64,000 bases of DNA from a bacterium (lineage in GTDB: Bacteria > Patescibacteriota > Microgenomatia > Curtissbacterales > GWA2-41-24). Both the position numbers and the translations under genes were made by a program. The notes beneath the pieces are model-generated. The model made no database searches. It saw only the letters and a program-made list of their open reading frames with translations, and was not told the origin of the DNA. Positions 19,060 through 27,937 of the stretch are shown here, piece after piece. The first letter of the stretch is position 1, and every line of letters starts with the position of its first letter. The DNA lies in contig JAKAJD010000001.1 in NCBI GenBank assembly GCA_021813945.1, positions 73,744 to 137,743 of the forward strand, written 5' to 3'.

Positions 19060-20322
19060 TTAGTTGTTAACATCCGAATTTGTTGAACGTTTTAATAAAT
19101 AAAATTGCGTTGCAGCCTGAAGAGACCTAACTATAACTTTACTAACTACAGCTCCCATCAGTCCAAAAAGTGGAATTAAAATGATAAGGCTGATAACAGT
19201 TATTGCTAGGTAAACAATGTTCATCGCATAAATAGATCGTGTATCCCGCCTCTTAATAAGCCCTAAGCTTAGCAAGTTTCCTGGATAGTAAAGAAGGCTA
19301 AGAGAAAAAATTTGTGAAATAAAAGTCGCAGACGTTGAGTAACCAGGAAAAAGAATTTTAAAAATCACTGGGGCCAGAACAATATACATGCCAACAATCG
19401 CCAAAACTGGTATTTCAAGTTGGACAGATTTTTTCCACAGATCTCCAAAAAGGTTTTTTTCGCTTATTGATGCAATTTTTGGTTGCCCCAAACCTAAAAG
19501 AACTTTAAAAAAAGTATGAATTTGCATAGGTATTAAAATCGCAAAAGCGTAAATTGCATTATTGGTAAATCCTAAAAGTAGAGGTACTAAGAACCTATCC
19601 AAATAATCAGCGGAAATTGTAAAAAATTGTGAAAGACTTAAATGCATGCCTAAACTTGCCATATCTTCGTCCATAATGTTGTTTTCAATGTCCTTATAAG
19701 CAATATAAGCTAATATCATTCCGGCAATTGCTGTTGACCAGGCAGAAAAAAGAGCAACGAGAATTATGCTCGGGAATTTCCACAAGGCAAAAGCAGTTGC
19801 CAAAAGGGAAGAATATTGAAATATGATGGAAAAAATGGCGACCTTTTTAAAATTCTTCTTGCCTGTTAAAAAAGATATGGAAAGACTAGTCGCGCTAGAA
19901 ATAGGAAATGCAAGAGCGCTTACGAATGTCGCTAAACCCAAGCTAGGATTTTGCCTAAAAGAAAAATAAACTGATCCAAAAACCAGCAAAAGAAATCCTA
20001 TCATTGACCATCTAAAAACAGATCGAACGGCGAATTTATAAGTGCCGTCTTTGCCTTCTGCAACCGATTGCGTTAATGCTTGCCCCATGCCTGGGAGCGC
20101 AGTTAAGCTCATGAATCCCAAAGCAGACATTAAAAAAGAAAATTGACCGTAAATATCCTTGGGCCAAATTCTTGCAAATAAAGCGGAAAGAAAGATGCCA
20201 CCGACAAACGAAATTAATGTCGAAAATGCTAACCAAAAACCTCCATGCAAAAAGTAAGGAAGGTCAAGGCCAAATAGATTGGAATACTTATCAACTTGCG
20301 ATTTTAAGAAACTTTTTTCCAT
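19060..20322 (-). CDS. Wzx-like oligosaccharide flippase / polysaccharide biosynthesis protein (MOP superfamily)
   Basis: 420 aa with about 12 predicted TM helices spread over the whole length. No large soluble domain. Confidence 0.55.
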   Translation of the reverse strand: MEKSFLKSQVDKYSNLFGLDLPYFLHGGFWLAFSTLISFVGGIFLSALFARIWPKDIYGQFSFLMSALGFMSLTALPGMGQALTQSVAEGKDGTYKFAVRSVFRWSMIGFLLLVFGSVYFSFRQNPSLGLATFVSALAFPISSATSLSISFLTGKKNFKKVAIFSIIFQYSSLLATAFALWKFPSIILVALFSAWSTAIAGMILAYIAYKDIENNIMDEDMASLGMHLSLSQFFTISADYLDRFLVPLLLGFTNNAIYAFAILIPMQIHTFFKVLLGLGQPKIASISEKNLFGDLWKKSVQLEIPVLAIVGMYIVLAPVIFKILFPGYSTSATFISQIFSLSLLYYPGNLLSLGLIKRRDTRSIYAMNIVYLAITVISLIILIPLFGLMGAVVSKVIVRSLQAATQFYLLKRSTNSDVNN

Positions 20323-21881
20323 ATTGTAATTTTCCCGCCGTCGGGTAATTTTATTTCATTGGGCATTTCTTTCCATGTATTAGAATCTATGTTGTTCAAT
20401 AATGTTTCATTGAAAACATTCAAATCTTTCGGACCTGTAACGCCTCCCGTTTTCATAATCATGTAGTCACCTTTATCAAAAGCGGCTTGAATTTCAAAAT
20501 AATTGGTATTTTTTGGAAAATAAGAAACCGTATGAATCTCAAGAGGCAATTTTGCCAAGAGCGCATAGTATTGTAAGGTATTTATATTATAAGCTTCATT
20601 CTCCGACGCTGAAATAACTATTTTACGTACACCATTCTTATTATCGTTCGAGATATATGTCAGTGTTTCTGAAACTGGCCATTTTTGAGAATTCGATGCC
20701 TTGACGTAGTTTCCAATTTGCTTATCAGCAAGTATTAAGGGTCCAATTGCCAATTCTTTATTAATTAGCTTGGCGGCAAACACCGCAGTATTTAAAAAGA
20801 CAAGAACAGGAAATATCATCGTAAGAACCAATATCACCAATAATCGCTTTGGGAAAAGAATTGTAATCAATCTAGAAATAAAGATTGCAACGACTGGAAG
20901 TAGAGGCAGCATTAAACGGTAGTCTTTATTTGGACCCAAGTAAAAAATAATAAAAGGGATTAAGAACCATCCAAGCAAAGTAGAATTTAGTTTGAGTCTT
21001 TTCCTTTGAAAATAAAACAGAATAATAAGAGTGAGAGATATTACAAACCAATACGCAGACATTCCATAATTTATAAAATCTAAAGCAGAACGGTATAAGT
21101 TACTAGCAGAAAAAGAGGACCCATAGTATAGACTTCCAAGAAGTGAAGTGTCTGTAGATCTTTTAGCTTTCCAAAGAACAGTCAAGATGTTTCTGGCATA
21201 CCAGGGTAGTGTAATTACCAAGGCAGGCACGGAAAAAATTAAAAGGTTTTTTAGATTAAAAATCGCCTTCTTGTTTTTTCTCCATACTTCGTAAATCAGT
21301 ATAGTTGCCGGCCCAGTGATAAAGAGAAAAAAATGAAACTTCATCATCATCCCTAATCCGGAGGTAATTCCCACAAAAAATAAATATTTTTTATTTTTAA
21401 GCTGTTCTGTTTTAAAAGCAAAAAAGATCCAGGCTACTACAAAAGCAGTCAAACCAAATTCAACTAAAAAATAACGAGATAGCCCATAAAAAAGGGGCAT
21501 CGTAGAAATTACAAGGCAAGAAATAAAGGCAGTTCCTTCGTCGAATAGTAAAGAGACGAGCTTAATGAAAAAGACGAAAAACATTAAGGCAAAAACTATA
21601 TTCAGGGTCACTGCAACATGATAACTTGAGCCAAAAATTAAGTATAAGGGAATAGGCAAAATCGTAATAAGCGGAGCTTTCGTTCCTAAAATCGTGGTTG
21701 TTTTCGCCAAAAAACTAAAAATTCCTTGCTCATTTAATGTTTGAAACAACATTTGAGCGCCAGTTAGGTAGTGTGCCTCATCCCAGAAAGGGGGAAGATT
21801 ATTTTTAAAAATCCAAAAGGCAGTAATTGATGTAAAAAGTAAAATCCATAAATAAAAAACAAAACGCCAACGGGAACTCAT
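20304..21881 (-). CDS. GT-C membrane glycosyltransferase, ArnT/PMT_2-like (GT39/GT83-type)
   Basis: N-terminal TM helix followed by PPFWDEAHYLTGAQ (DE motif of the first loop). More than 10 TM helices, then a soluble C-terminal ~150 aa domain. Confidence 0.6.
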   Translation of the reverse strand: MSSRWRFVFYLWILLFTSITAFWIFKNNLPPFWDEAHYLTGAQMLFQTLNEQGIFSFLAKTTTILGTKAPLITILPIPLYLIFGSSYHVAVTLNIVFALMFFVFFIKLVSLLFDEGTAFISCLVISTMPLFYGLSRYFLVEFGLTAFVVAWIFFAFKTEQLKNKKYLFFVGITSGLGMMMKFHFFLFITGPATILIYEVWRKNKKAIFNLKNLLIFSVPALVITLPWYARNILTVLWKAKRSTDTSLLGSLYYGSSFSASNLYRSALDFINYGMSAYWFVISLTLIILFYFQRKRLKLNSTLLGWFLIPFIIFYLGPNKDYRLMLPLLPVVAIFISRLITILFPKRLLVILVLTMIFPVLVFLNTAVFAAKLINKELAIGPLILADKQIGNYVKASNSQKWPVSETLTYISNDNKNGVRKIVISASENEAYNINTLQYYALLAKLPLEIHTVSYFPKNTNYFEIQAAFDKGDYMIMKTGGVTGPKDLNVFNETLLNNIDSNTWKEMPNEIKLPDGGKITIWKKVS

Positions 21882-22573
21882 CGAATCCGCTTATTTGCAA
21901 TCACAACCTCCCGTACGAGGTAATAAATAAATTTAAATCCAGTTGGTATCGCATATGAGGTACTTTGCCCCCCAATTCTATTACCCTCAATAGTTGGTAT
22001 TTCTGCGATTTTAGCGCGAGCCTTAAGGGCTCTGATTGTCATCTGAAACTCTATTGCGAAACCGGATGCATCCAAATTTAATCTTTTAAATAAACTTCTT
22101 TTTATCGCCCTGTAGCCATTTATTGTATCGCTTACTTGCCCTCCCCAAATTAAGCGTACCGCAAGAGAAAATACTATATTGGCCCATGCCCTAAACTTCA
22201 AGACTTTATCATCTTCTTCATTACGAGAATTTTTTTTGAATCTTGAGGCGATAGCCAAATCATTTCCTGCTTTTAACAAATTAATAAGTTTTGGTATGTC
22301 TGCAGGATTTTCATTACCATCTGGACTAAAAAAAACTAAATACTCTCCGTGAGATTTTGCAATAGCAATTTTAAAGGCCTCACCTCGGCCTTGTTTTTTT
22401 TGCTTTACGACTGGAATTTGGTTTTTTTTAAAAAACTCAACGGTTCCATCTGTAGATTTGAAATCCACCGCAAAAAACTCATCGACTGCTTCGAATGGAA
22501 TCTTACGGATAAGTGCCTTGACACCATCGATTTCATTTCTTGTCAAAATTACTAAAGTTGATTTTTGTACCAT
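21878..22573 (-). CDS. GT2 glycosyltransferase, short DPM1-like polyprenyl-phosphate sugar synthase
   Basis: LVILTRNE ... KSTDGT ... SPDGNENP motifs. 231 aa. 4-nt overlap with the downstream GT-C. Confidence 0.7.
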   Translation of the reverse strand: MVQKSTLVILTRNEIDGVKALIRKIPFEAVDEFFAVDFKSTDGTVEFFKKNQIPVVKQKKQGRGEAFKIAIAKSHGEYLVFFSPDGNENPADIPKLINLLKAGNDLAIASRFKKNSRNEEDDKVLKFRAWANIVFSLAVRLIWGGQVSDTINGYRAIKRSLFKRLNLDASGFAIEFQMTIRALKARAKIAEIPTIEGNRIGGQSTSYAIPTGFKFIYYLVREVVIANKRIR

Positions 22574-23517
22574 GAAATTGTCCTTTCCAAACCATCTTCC
22601 AGTTGTATTTGCGCTTTAAAACCGGTTTTTTCAAATGCTTTTTTAGTATCACAATTGCGCCTTGGTTGACCATCAGGTTTAGTAGTATCAAATTTAATCG
22701 TTGCTCTTTTACCAGATATTTTAACTATCATTTTTGCGAGATCCCCAATAGTGATTTCCTCATCTGCCCCGATGTTAACTGGATCTGCAATAGGATATTT
22801 TTCCGTTGTGACAAGAAGACCTTTCGCAAAATCTTCGGCATATAAAAAAGATCTAGTTTGTTTGCCGCTACCCCAAACAATTAACGGGTTTTCACCATCA
22901 AAAACACGTTTTATCATTCCAGGGATAACATGAGATATTTTGGGATCGAAATTGTCCCTTGGACCATATGCATTATAAGGTCTGGCTATTGCAACTTTCA
23001 TACCAAATTCCATTTGATAAAATTTACCAAAGAGCTCGGCCACTCTTTTTGCCCACCCATAGCCCAAATTTGTGGGTTCTGGATCATTCAAAAAACCCTC
23101 ATTTTCAGGCGTGGGTATTGTGCAGTTACGAGGATAAACACATGCAGAGCTTGTAATGAGAAATCTCTCCACCTTATTTCTACGGCCAGCTTCGATCATA
23201 TTTTTCGCAATTGCCACGTTATCACTAAACATCGTCGCTGGGTGATTAAGATTAAACTGAATTCCAGCAACTTTAGATGCCAAGTTAAGAATTACTTCTT
23301 GATTTTTAGATACCTTCATCGCAGCTCCGAAATCAGCAAGATCACATTTGATGACGGAAACCTTATCTTTTAAGTGGTCGATATTTTTTGTATGCCCCGA
23401 ACTCGTACTAACCGTTACCTTTGCATTCGCCTGAACTAAAATTTCCACAACAAAAGAACCTATAAATCCAGCGCCACCTGTTACAAGGACTCTTTTATTT
23501 CTCCAAAAGTTTTGCAT
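22552..23517 (-). CDS. extended SDR, GDP-L-fucose synthase (Fcl/GMER/ColC)-like 3,5-epimerase/4-reductase
   Basis: VLVTGGAGFIGSFVV. YGWAKR (YxxxK). C-terminal KPDGQPRRNCDTKKAFEKTGF resembles the Fcl PDGTPRKLLD signature. Confidence 0.6.
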   Translation of the reverse strand: MQNFWRNKRVLVTGGAGFIGSFVVEILVQANAKVTVSTSSGHTKNIDHLKDKVSVIKCDLADFGAAMKVSKNQEVILNLASKVAGIQFNLNHPATMFSDNVAIAKNMIEAGRRNKVERFLITSSACVYPRNCTIPTPENEGFLNDPEPTNLGYGWAKRVAELFGKFYQMEFGMKVAIARPYNAYGPRDNFDPKISHVIPGMIKRVFDGENPLIVWGSGKQTRSFLYAEDFAKGLLVTTEKYPIADPVNIGADEEITIGDLAKMIVKISGKRATIKFDTTKPDGQPRRNCDTKKAFEKTGFKAQIQLEDGLERTISWYKNQL

Positions 23518-24700
23518 TTTTCAAAAAAATACCAAATAGATCTTGTACATATTTTATATCATCTTGTACTAGGTACGGATGACTACCAATAATAAATCCT
23601 CGATCTTCCAACATTTTTGCAACGGGAAACTTTAAGCTTATATCTCCAAAAACCTTTTTATAAATAGGTTGAGATAAAAGCGGCATGAATAGTCGTGTCT
23701 CTACACCGTGTTCTTCCAAAAATAAAAGAAACTCCTCTTTTTCGATTCGTTTATCTAAAATCACTATTGGATAAAGCATGTAGCAATGCTCTGCATTTTT
23801 TCTGATCTGTGGCAATTGGAAAAAATGCGAATATCGGCTCAAGGCATTTGTTAATGATTTACCAACTTTTTGCCTTTTTTTAATAATAGAATTTTTGTTC
23901 TCCAGCTCAGCCAGACCCAGGGCACCTTCCATCTCAGTTAATCGGAAGCTGTAGCCTATATGCTCAAATTGAAATCTTCTTTCAATAAGAGAGTTTAAGC
24001 GGATCCGGTTATTTGTGTCATCATCTTCAATCTTAAGATAAATATTGTCTCTGCCATGAAACATAAGACTCTTCATCATCACTGCCAATTGTTCATCATT
24101 TGTGGTGACTATTCCCCCCACGCCGGTCACGATAATGTGAGCAACATAAGTGGAAAAAACCGCTATGTCTCCAAAGGATCCAACTGGCTGATCTAGATAA
24201 TTTACAAACATGGCTTCACAGGAATCTTCTATCACTTTCAAATTGTATTTTCTTGCGATTTTCATAATTTTTTGCATCTCTGCGCTTTGGCCAAATAGAT
24301 GAACAGGCATGATAGCTTTAGTTTTTGGTGAAATCTTCTCTTCGATTTTTAATGGATCAATACAATAATATTTCTCTTCAACATCGACAAAGACAGGTTT
24401 CAAATTATTGTGGAGAACTGCATTTGAAGACGCAATGAAGGTCAAAGCCGGGACAATTACTTCATCCCCGTCTTCCCACGAATAAGCTTCCTTCAGTGCA
24501 TGGATTGCAACCTGTAGCGCGCTAGTTCCGCTGTTTGTAACAATTGCATATTTACGGTTATGAAGTCTTGCAAACTCTTTCTCAAATTTTTCGGTAAATG
24601 AGCCGTAAGACAACCTATTATCGTTTAAGGTTTGGAGTACGTATTTTTTTGCTTTTTGGGATATTTTCAAATCGGCGATCGCAATATGCCTTTTTGTCAT
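23495..24700 (-). CDS. DegT/DnrJ/EryC1-family PLP/PMP enzyme with His replacing the Schiff-base Lys; predicted ColD/E1-type nucleotide-sugar 3-dehydratase
   Basis: DegT-fold motifs are present (NSGTSALQVAIHAL, GDEVIVPALTF, TKAIMPVHLFG, VIEDSCEA). The active-site segment reads FSTYVAHIIVTGVGG. The paralogs at 27934 and 34602 have FSFYPTKNLGAFGDGG and FSFHGTKNAASGEGG, so Lys is replaced by His here. Confidence 0.65.
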   Translation of the reverse strand: MTKRHIAIADLKISQKAKKYVLQTLNDNRLSYGSFTEKFEKEFARLHNRKYAIVTNSGTSALQVAIHALKEAYSWEDGDEVIVPALTFIASSNAVLHNNLKPVFVDVEEKYYCIDPLKIEEKISPKTKAIMPVHLFGQSAEMQKIMKIARKYNLKVIEDSCEAMFVNYLDQPVGSFGDIAVFSTYVAHIIVTGVGGIVTTNDEQLAVMMKSLMFHGRDNIYLKIEDDDTNNRIRLNSLIERRFQFEHIGYSFRLTEMEGALGLAELENKNSIIKKRQKVGKSLTNALSRYSHFFQLPQIRKNAEHCYMLYPIVILDKRIEKEEFLLFLEEHGVETRLFMPLLSQPIYKKVFGDISLKFPVAKMLEDRGFIIGSHPYLVQDDIKYVQDLFGIFLKNAKLLEK

Positions 24701-24740
24701 TGCATAACTTTAACAAAAAAGGTCCATTCAGTAAATGTCA

Positions 24741-24769
24741 TTGTCCAAACTAGGTTGAAAGTCTATAAT
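24741..24769 (+). promoter_or_regulatory. sigma70-like promoter TTGTCC-N17-TATAAT, leaderless-like
   Basis: TTGTCC at 24741-24746, exact 17-nt spacer, TATAAT at 24764-24769. Only 10 nt upstream of ATG 24780. Confidence 0.45.
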
Positions 24770-24779
24770 TTACACATTC

Positions 24780-25517
24780 ATGAAGAAACCAGTAGTAGGA
24801 ATTTTGGGAGCAGGTGAGGTTGGACAAACAGTCTCTAAAATTTTCTCAAAAAAATACTCAGTGCTAAAAAAAGATTTGAATTATGACGAACTTAAAAAAT
24901 TCAAAATAGAGGTTTTACATGTTTGCTTACCATATAACAATAAATTCGAAACGATCGTTTTAGCACAAATTAAAAAAAACAAACCGAAACTAGCAATCAT
25001 TCATTCCACCGTTAAACCTGGAACAACTGCTAAAATTTTTAAAAAAGCAAAAATTCCAACTGTTCACTCACCAGTTATGGGTACGCATCCGAATTTAGAA
25101 TCAGACATACTAAAATTTGTAAAAATTATTGGGCCGGAAGATAGAGAGTCGGCAAAACTTGCTGTAAATCATCTCAAAAGTGTTGGAATTAAATCGAGGA
25201 TTTTCAGAAATTCACTAGAGTCTGAAATTGCCAAACTCTTTGACACAACATACTATGGCTGGAATATTATTTTTTCAAAAATAGTTTGGCAAGTATGCAA
25301 AAAGGCAGGTGTAAATTTTGAAAACGTGTACACAAATTTGAATAAAATCTACAATGAAGGTTATCGAGAATCGAAAGAGAATGTAATAAGACCAATACTT
25401 AATTACCAACCAGGGCCAATTGGAGGGCATTGTGTAGTTCCTAACGCTAAACTGCTTCATTCATCGTCACCTAATATAGTCTCAAAAACATTGATTGCTG
25501 AGAATAAAAAATTCTAA
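24780..25517 (+). CDS. NAD(P)-binding Rossmann protein, possibly a truncated UDP-glucose/GDP-mannose dehydrogenase-like enzyme
   Basis: VVGILGAGEVGQTV dinucleotide fold. GPIGGHCVVPNAKLL resembles the GGxCxxKD catalytic-Cys motif of NDP-sugar 6-dehydrogenases. Only 245 aa, so the UDP-binding C-terminal domain is missing. Confidence 0.35.
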   Translation: MKKPVVGILGAGEVGQTVSKIFSKKYSVLKKDLNYDELKKFKIEVLHVCLPYNNKFETIVLAQIKKNKPKLAIIHSTVKPGTTAKIFKKAKIPTVHSPVMGTHPNLESDILKFVKIIGPEDRESAKLAVNHLKSVGIKSRIFRNSLESEIAKLFDTTYYGWNIIFSKIVWQVCKKAGVNFENVYTNLNKIYNEGYRESKENVIRPILNYQPGPIGGHCVVPNAKLLHSSSPNIVSKTLIAENKKF

Positions 25518-25523
25518 AGGGTC

Positions 25524-26099
25524 GTGATAAAAATAAGTGCATTAGAAAAAAAACAAATTGCCGAAGTTGCTAAAATTCACAAAAAAGTGTTATCCGACGG
25601 ATTCGTATCGACATTGTCAGAAAACTTTTTAAATAAGTTTTATCTCGCTTTAACAGAGTCTCCCGATATTTTTACCCTTGTTGCAACACGAAACAAAAAA
25701 ATTCTAGGGTTCGTAAGTTGCACGACAAACGTTAAAAAACTGCCATTTTTCCTTATCAGAAATTTATGGAAAGATATAATCCTAGAAATGCTAAAAAATC
25801 CTTCAGTAATTCTTAAATTTATAGAGTCCATCTTCTATCCAAGTTTTAATGATTCTGCAGTTTCCTGTGAGGCTCTATCAATCGCAGTAATAAATACTGA
25901 AAGAGGCCAGGGAATCGGGAAGAACTTAATTTTAAATGCCAAATCAGAATTTAAAAGAAGAAAATTTGCCGAGTTTCAGCTATCGGTTAGAAGCACCATG
26001 CTAAATGCAAATAATTTCTACCAAAAAATTGGATTATCGAAAATTAAAACTGCAAAATTCTTAGGTGAAGAAATTAATTTTTGGAAAGGTAAGTGTTAA
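25524..26099 (+). CDS. GNAT family N-acetyltransferase
   Basis: Acetyl-CoA-binding motif RGQGIGKNLI. 191 aa. GTG start. Confidence 0.6.
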   Translation: MIKISALEKKQIAEVAKIHKKVLSDGFVSTLSENFLNKFYLALTESPDIFTLVATRNKKILGFVSCTTNVKKLPFFLIRNLWKDIILEMLKNPSVILKFIESIFYPSFNDSAVSCEALSIAVINTERGQGIGKNLILNAKSEFKRRKFAEFQLSVRSTMLNANNFYQKIGLSKIKTAKFLGEEINFWKGKC

Positions 26100-27937
26100 T
26101 AACCCAATCTAAACAGATCTAGCTTAAATTCTCGCTTAGCGCCCAAAAAGCTTCTGGTCAAATCCAAGGTTGTTATGTAGCTAACTTTTGCGTTAACATT
26201 GTCCTCTCTTGGCCAGGCATCCAGTTTGCCGGGAACCGAATCGAAAACTCGGCTAACCAGAAGAAATTTCGGATTGTATTTTTGGTAATTGCTATTAACT
26301 CCGCCAACAAAATTTAAATTTGGAGCCCAATAAATAGGCCAAAAATATGCGTCTATTGAGAGCTCATGGGCGTAAAAGCCTATGACTCCTTGTTTGCCAA
26401 CCAGGCTCCCAAGAGAAGCGGAAGACTCAGCAATATTATATGTAGGCTTATAAACTATCGTTGAAATTCCGACGAGATTAAATAAGATGTTTATACCCAA
26501 AAAAGGCAAAACTAAAATTTTTGTTGATTGGTTCCTATTCAAAAATATATAGAAAATTACAAATAGTACTGCCACAATCGATGACACGACTGCTGTTTTT
26601 GGGCCAGATAGCAGATCAAAAAAATTCAAATATGACCAAAAAGTTCCAACAAAAGAGGCAATCGGCAAAAAGAGTAAAATACTGATGTCAAAAAATATAA
26701 ACTCTTTGATTAACCATTTTTTTCTGAAAGCAATTAGAGCAATAATAACTACTAAAAATAATGAAAGGTATGGAAGCTTTTCTACAATTAATTGGTTGGC
26801 AGTAAGCCTTTTGGCGATGGCCAAAATTACTTTGGCAGATATTAAAGCAATTGGGATGGAAGCAATAATTGCAATGGCAAAATTTAAATTTTTCTTTGCC
26901 CCAGAAAAAAAAGATAAGCTTTTTAGCTGAATTCTGCTCGTTTTAATTTCAAAAACGGTTTGGGAAGCTAGTATTGCAATTGGAATAATCAAACCTAGGA
27001 TTCTAGCGTTTGAAAGGCGAGAAATAAATGGGCCCAAAATTAGAATGCCGCAAAACCAAAGTATTAAAAATTTTCGCTCTGTTGTGCGTGTTCTCTTATC
27101 GGATAAATAATTAATTGCGTTTGCCAGTGCAAGGATAACAAGTGTAAAAAGAAATGGTGAACCCCAAAAGGGGTGAAGAAAGAATCTACCAACATTGCTC
27201 CAAATATCACTTAAAGTCTCAGGGGCGTACCAATTACCGAAAGTTTTATAGATCAGTCCAATTTGTCTTCCCCAAATTGTGTAAAGTGAACCAAAAGTCA
27301 GAAGCACTAGTCCTGAAAATGGGATTAAAAATTTTAATATTTTTTTTACTGTTATGTTTTTATTTCTAATATTGGTAAGAAGGATTAATCCTGCTGAAGG
27401 GAGATAAAGAAAAGAGGTGGTTTTTGATAGGATGCTAAGTGCAAAAGCAGCACCTCCAAGTGCTTCTTTTTTCTCTTTTAACAAAAAGAAAAAACCAACT
27501 GTTGCAAACATAACAGAAAGCGATTCACCAACTGCTAACCGATTATGAAGCAAAAGCAACGTATTTATAGAAACAAGTAAAGCAGAAAGCAAAGCAACTT
27601 TAACTGACATTTTAAGGGCGATTTTGTATGTAAAAAGAACAGTTATTACTCCAGCTAAAGCGCTGATTAGTCTGGCTTGCCAAAAACCTACACCAAAAGC
27701 TAAAAAACTTAAAAGCGCACCGACGCTAAAAAGAGGTGCTGCCGCAAAATCATGATAAAAATCGTCGCGAGCAGTTTGATGAAATAAAGCGAGGTTTCTA
27801 GCGTTGTACAGCCAATAACCCTCATCTCCTACTTGTCCACTATCCAAAAGTATTGAGGGGTCCGATCCCAAAGAATTAAATCGTAAAAACGCCGCAAGTA
27901 TTATTACTAGTACAAAAACTATTTTATGTTTCTTCAC
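26096..27937 (-). CDS. GT-C membrane glycosyltransferase, ArnT/PMT_2-like
   Basis: 613 aa. DSGQVGDEGYWLYNARNLA (DE motif) after the first helix. More than 12 TM helices plus a C-terminal soluble domain. GTG start. Confidence 0.6.
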   Translation of the reverse strand: MKKHKIVFVLVIILAAFLRFNSLGSDPSILLDSGQVGDEGYWLYNARNLALFHQTARDDFYHDFAAAPLFSVGALLSFLAFGVGFWQARLISALAGVITVLFTYKIALKMSVKVALLSALLVSINTLLLLHNRLAVGESLSVMFATVGFFFLLKEKKEALGGAAFALSILSKTTSFLYLPSAGLILLTNIRNKNITVKKILKFLIPFSGLVLLTFGSLYTIWGRQIGLIYKTFGNWYAPETLSDIWSNVGRFFLHPFWGSPFLFTLVILALANAINYLSDKRTRTTERKFLILWFCGILILGPFISRLSNARILGLIIPIAILASQTVFEIKTSRIQLKSLSFFSGAKKNLNFAIAIIASIPIALISAKVILAIAKRLTANQLIVEKLPYLSLFLVVIIALIAFRKKWLIKEFIFFDISILLFLPIASFVGTFWSYLNFFDLLSGPKTAVVSSIVAVLFVIFYIFLNRNQSTKILVLPFLGINILFNLVGISTIVYKPTYNIAESSASLGSLVGKQGVIGFYAHELSIDAYFWPIYWAPNLNFVGGVNSNYQKYNPKFLLVSRVFDSVPGKLDAWPREDNVNAKVSYITTLDLTRSFLGAKREFKLDLFRLGY

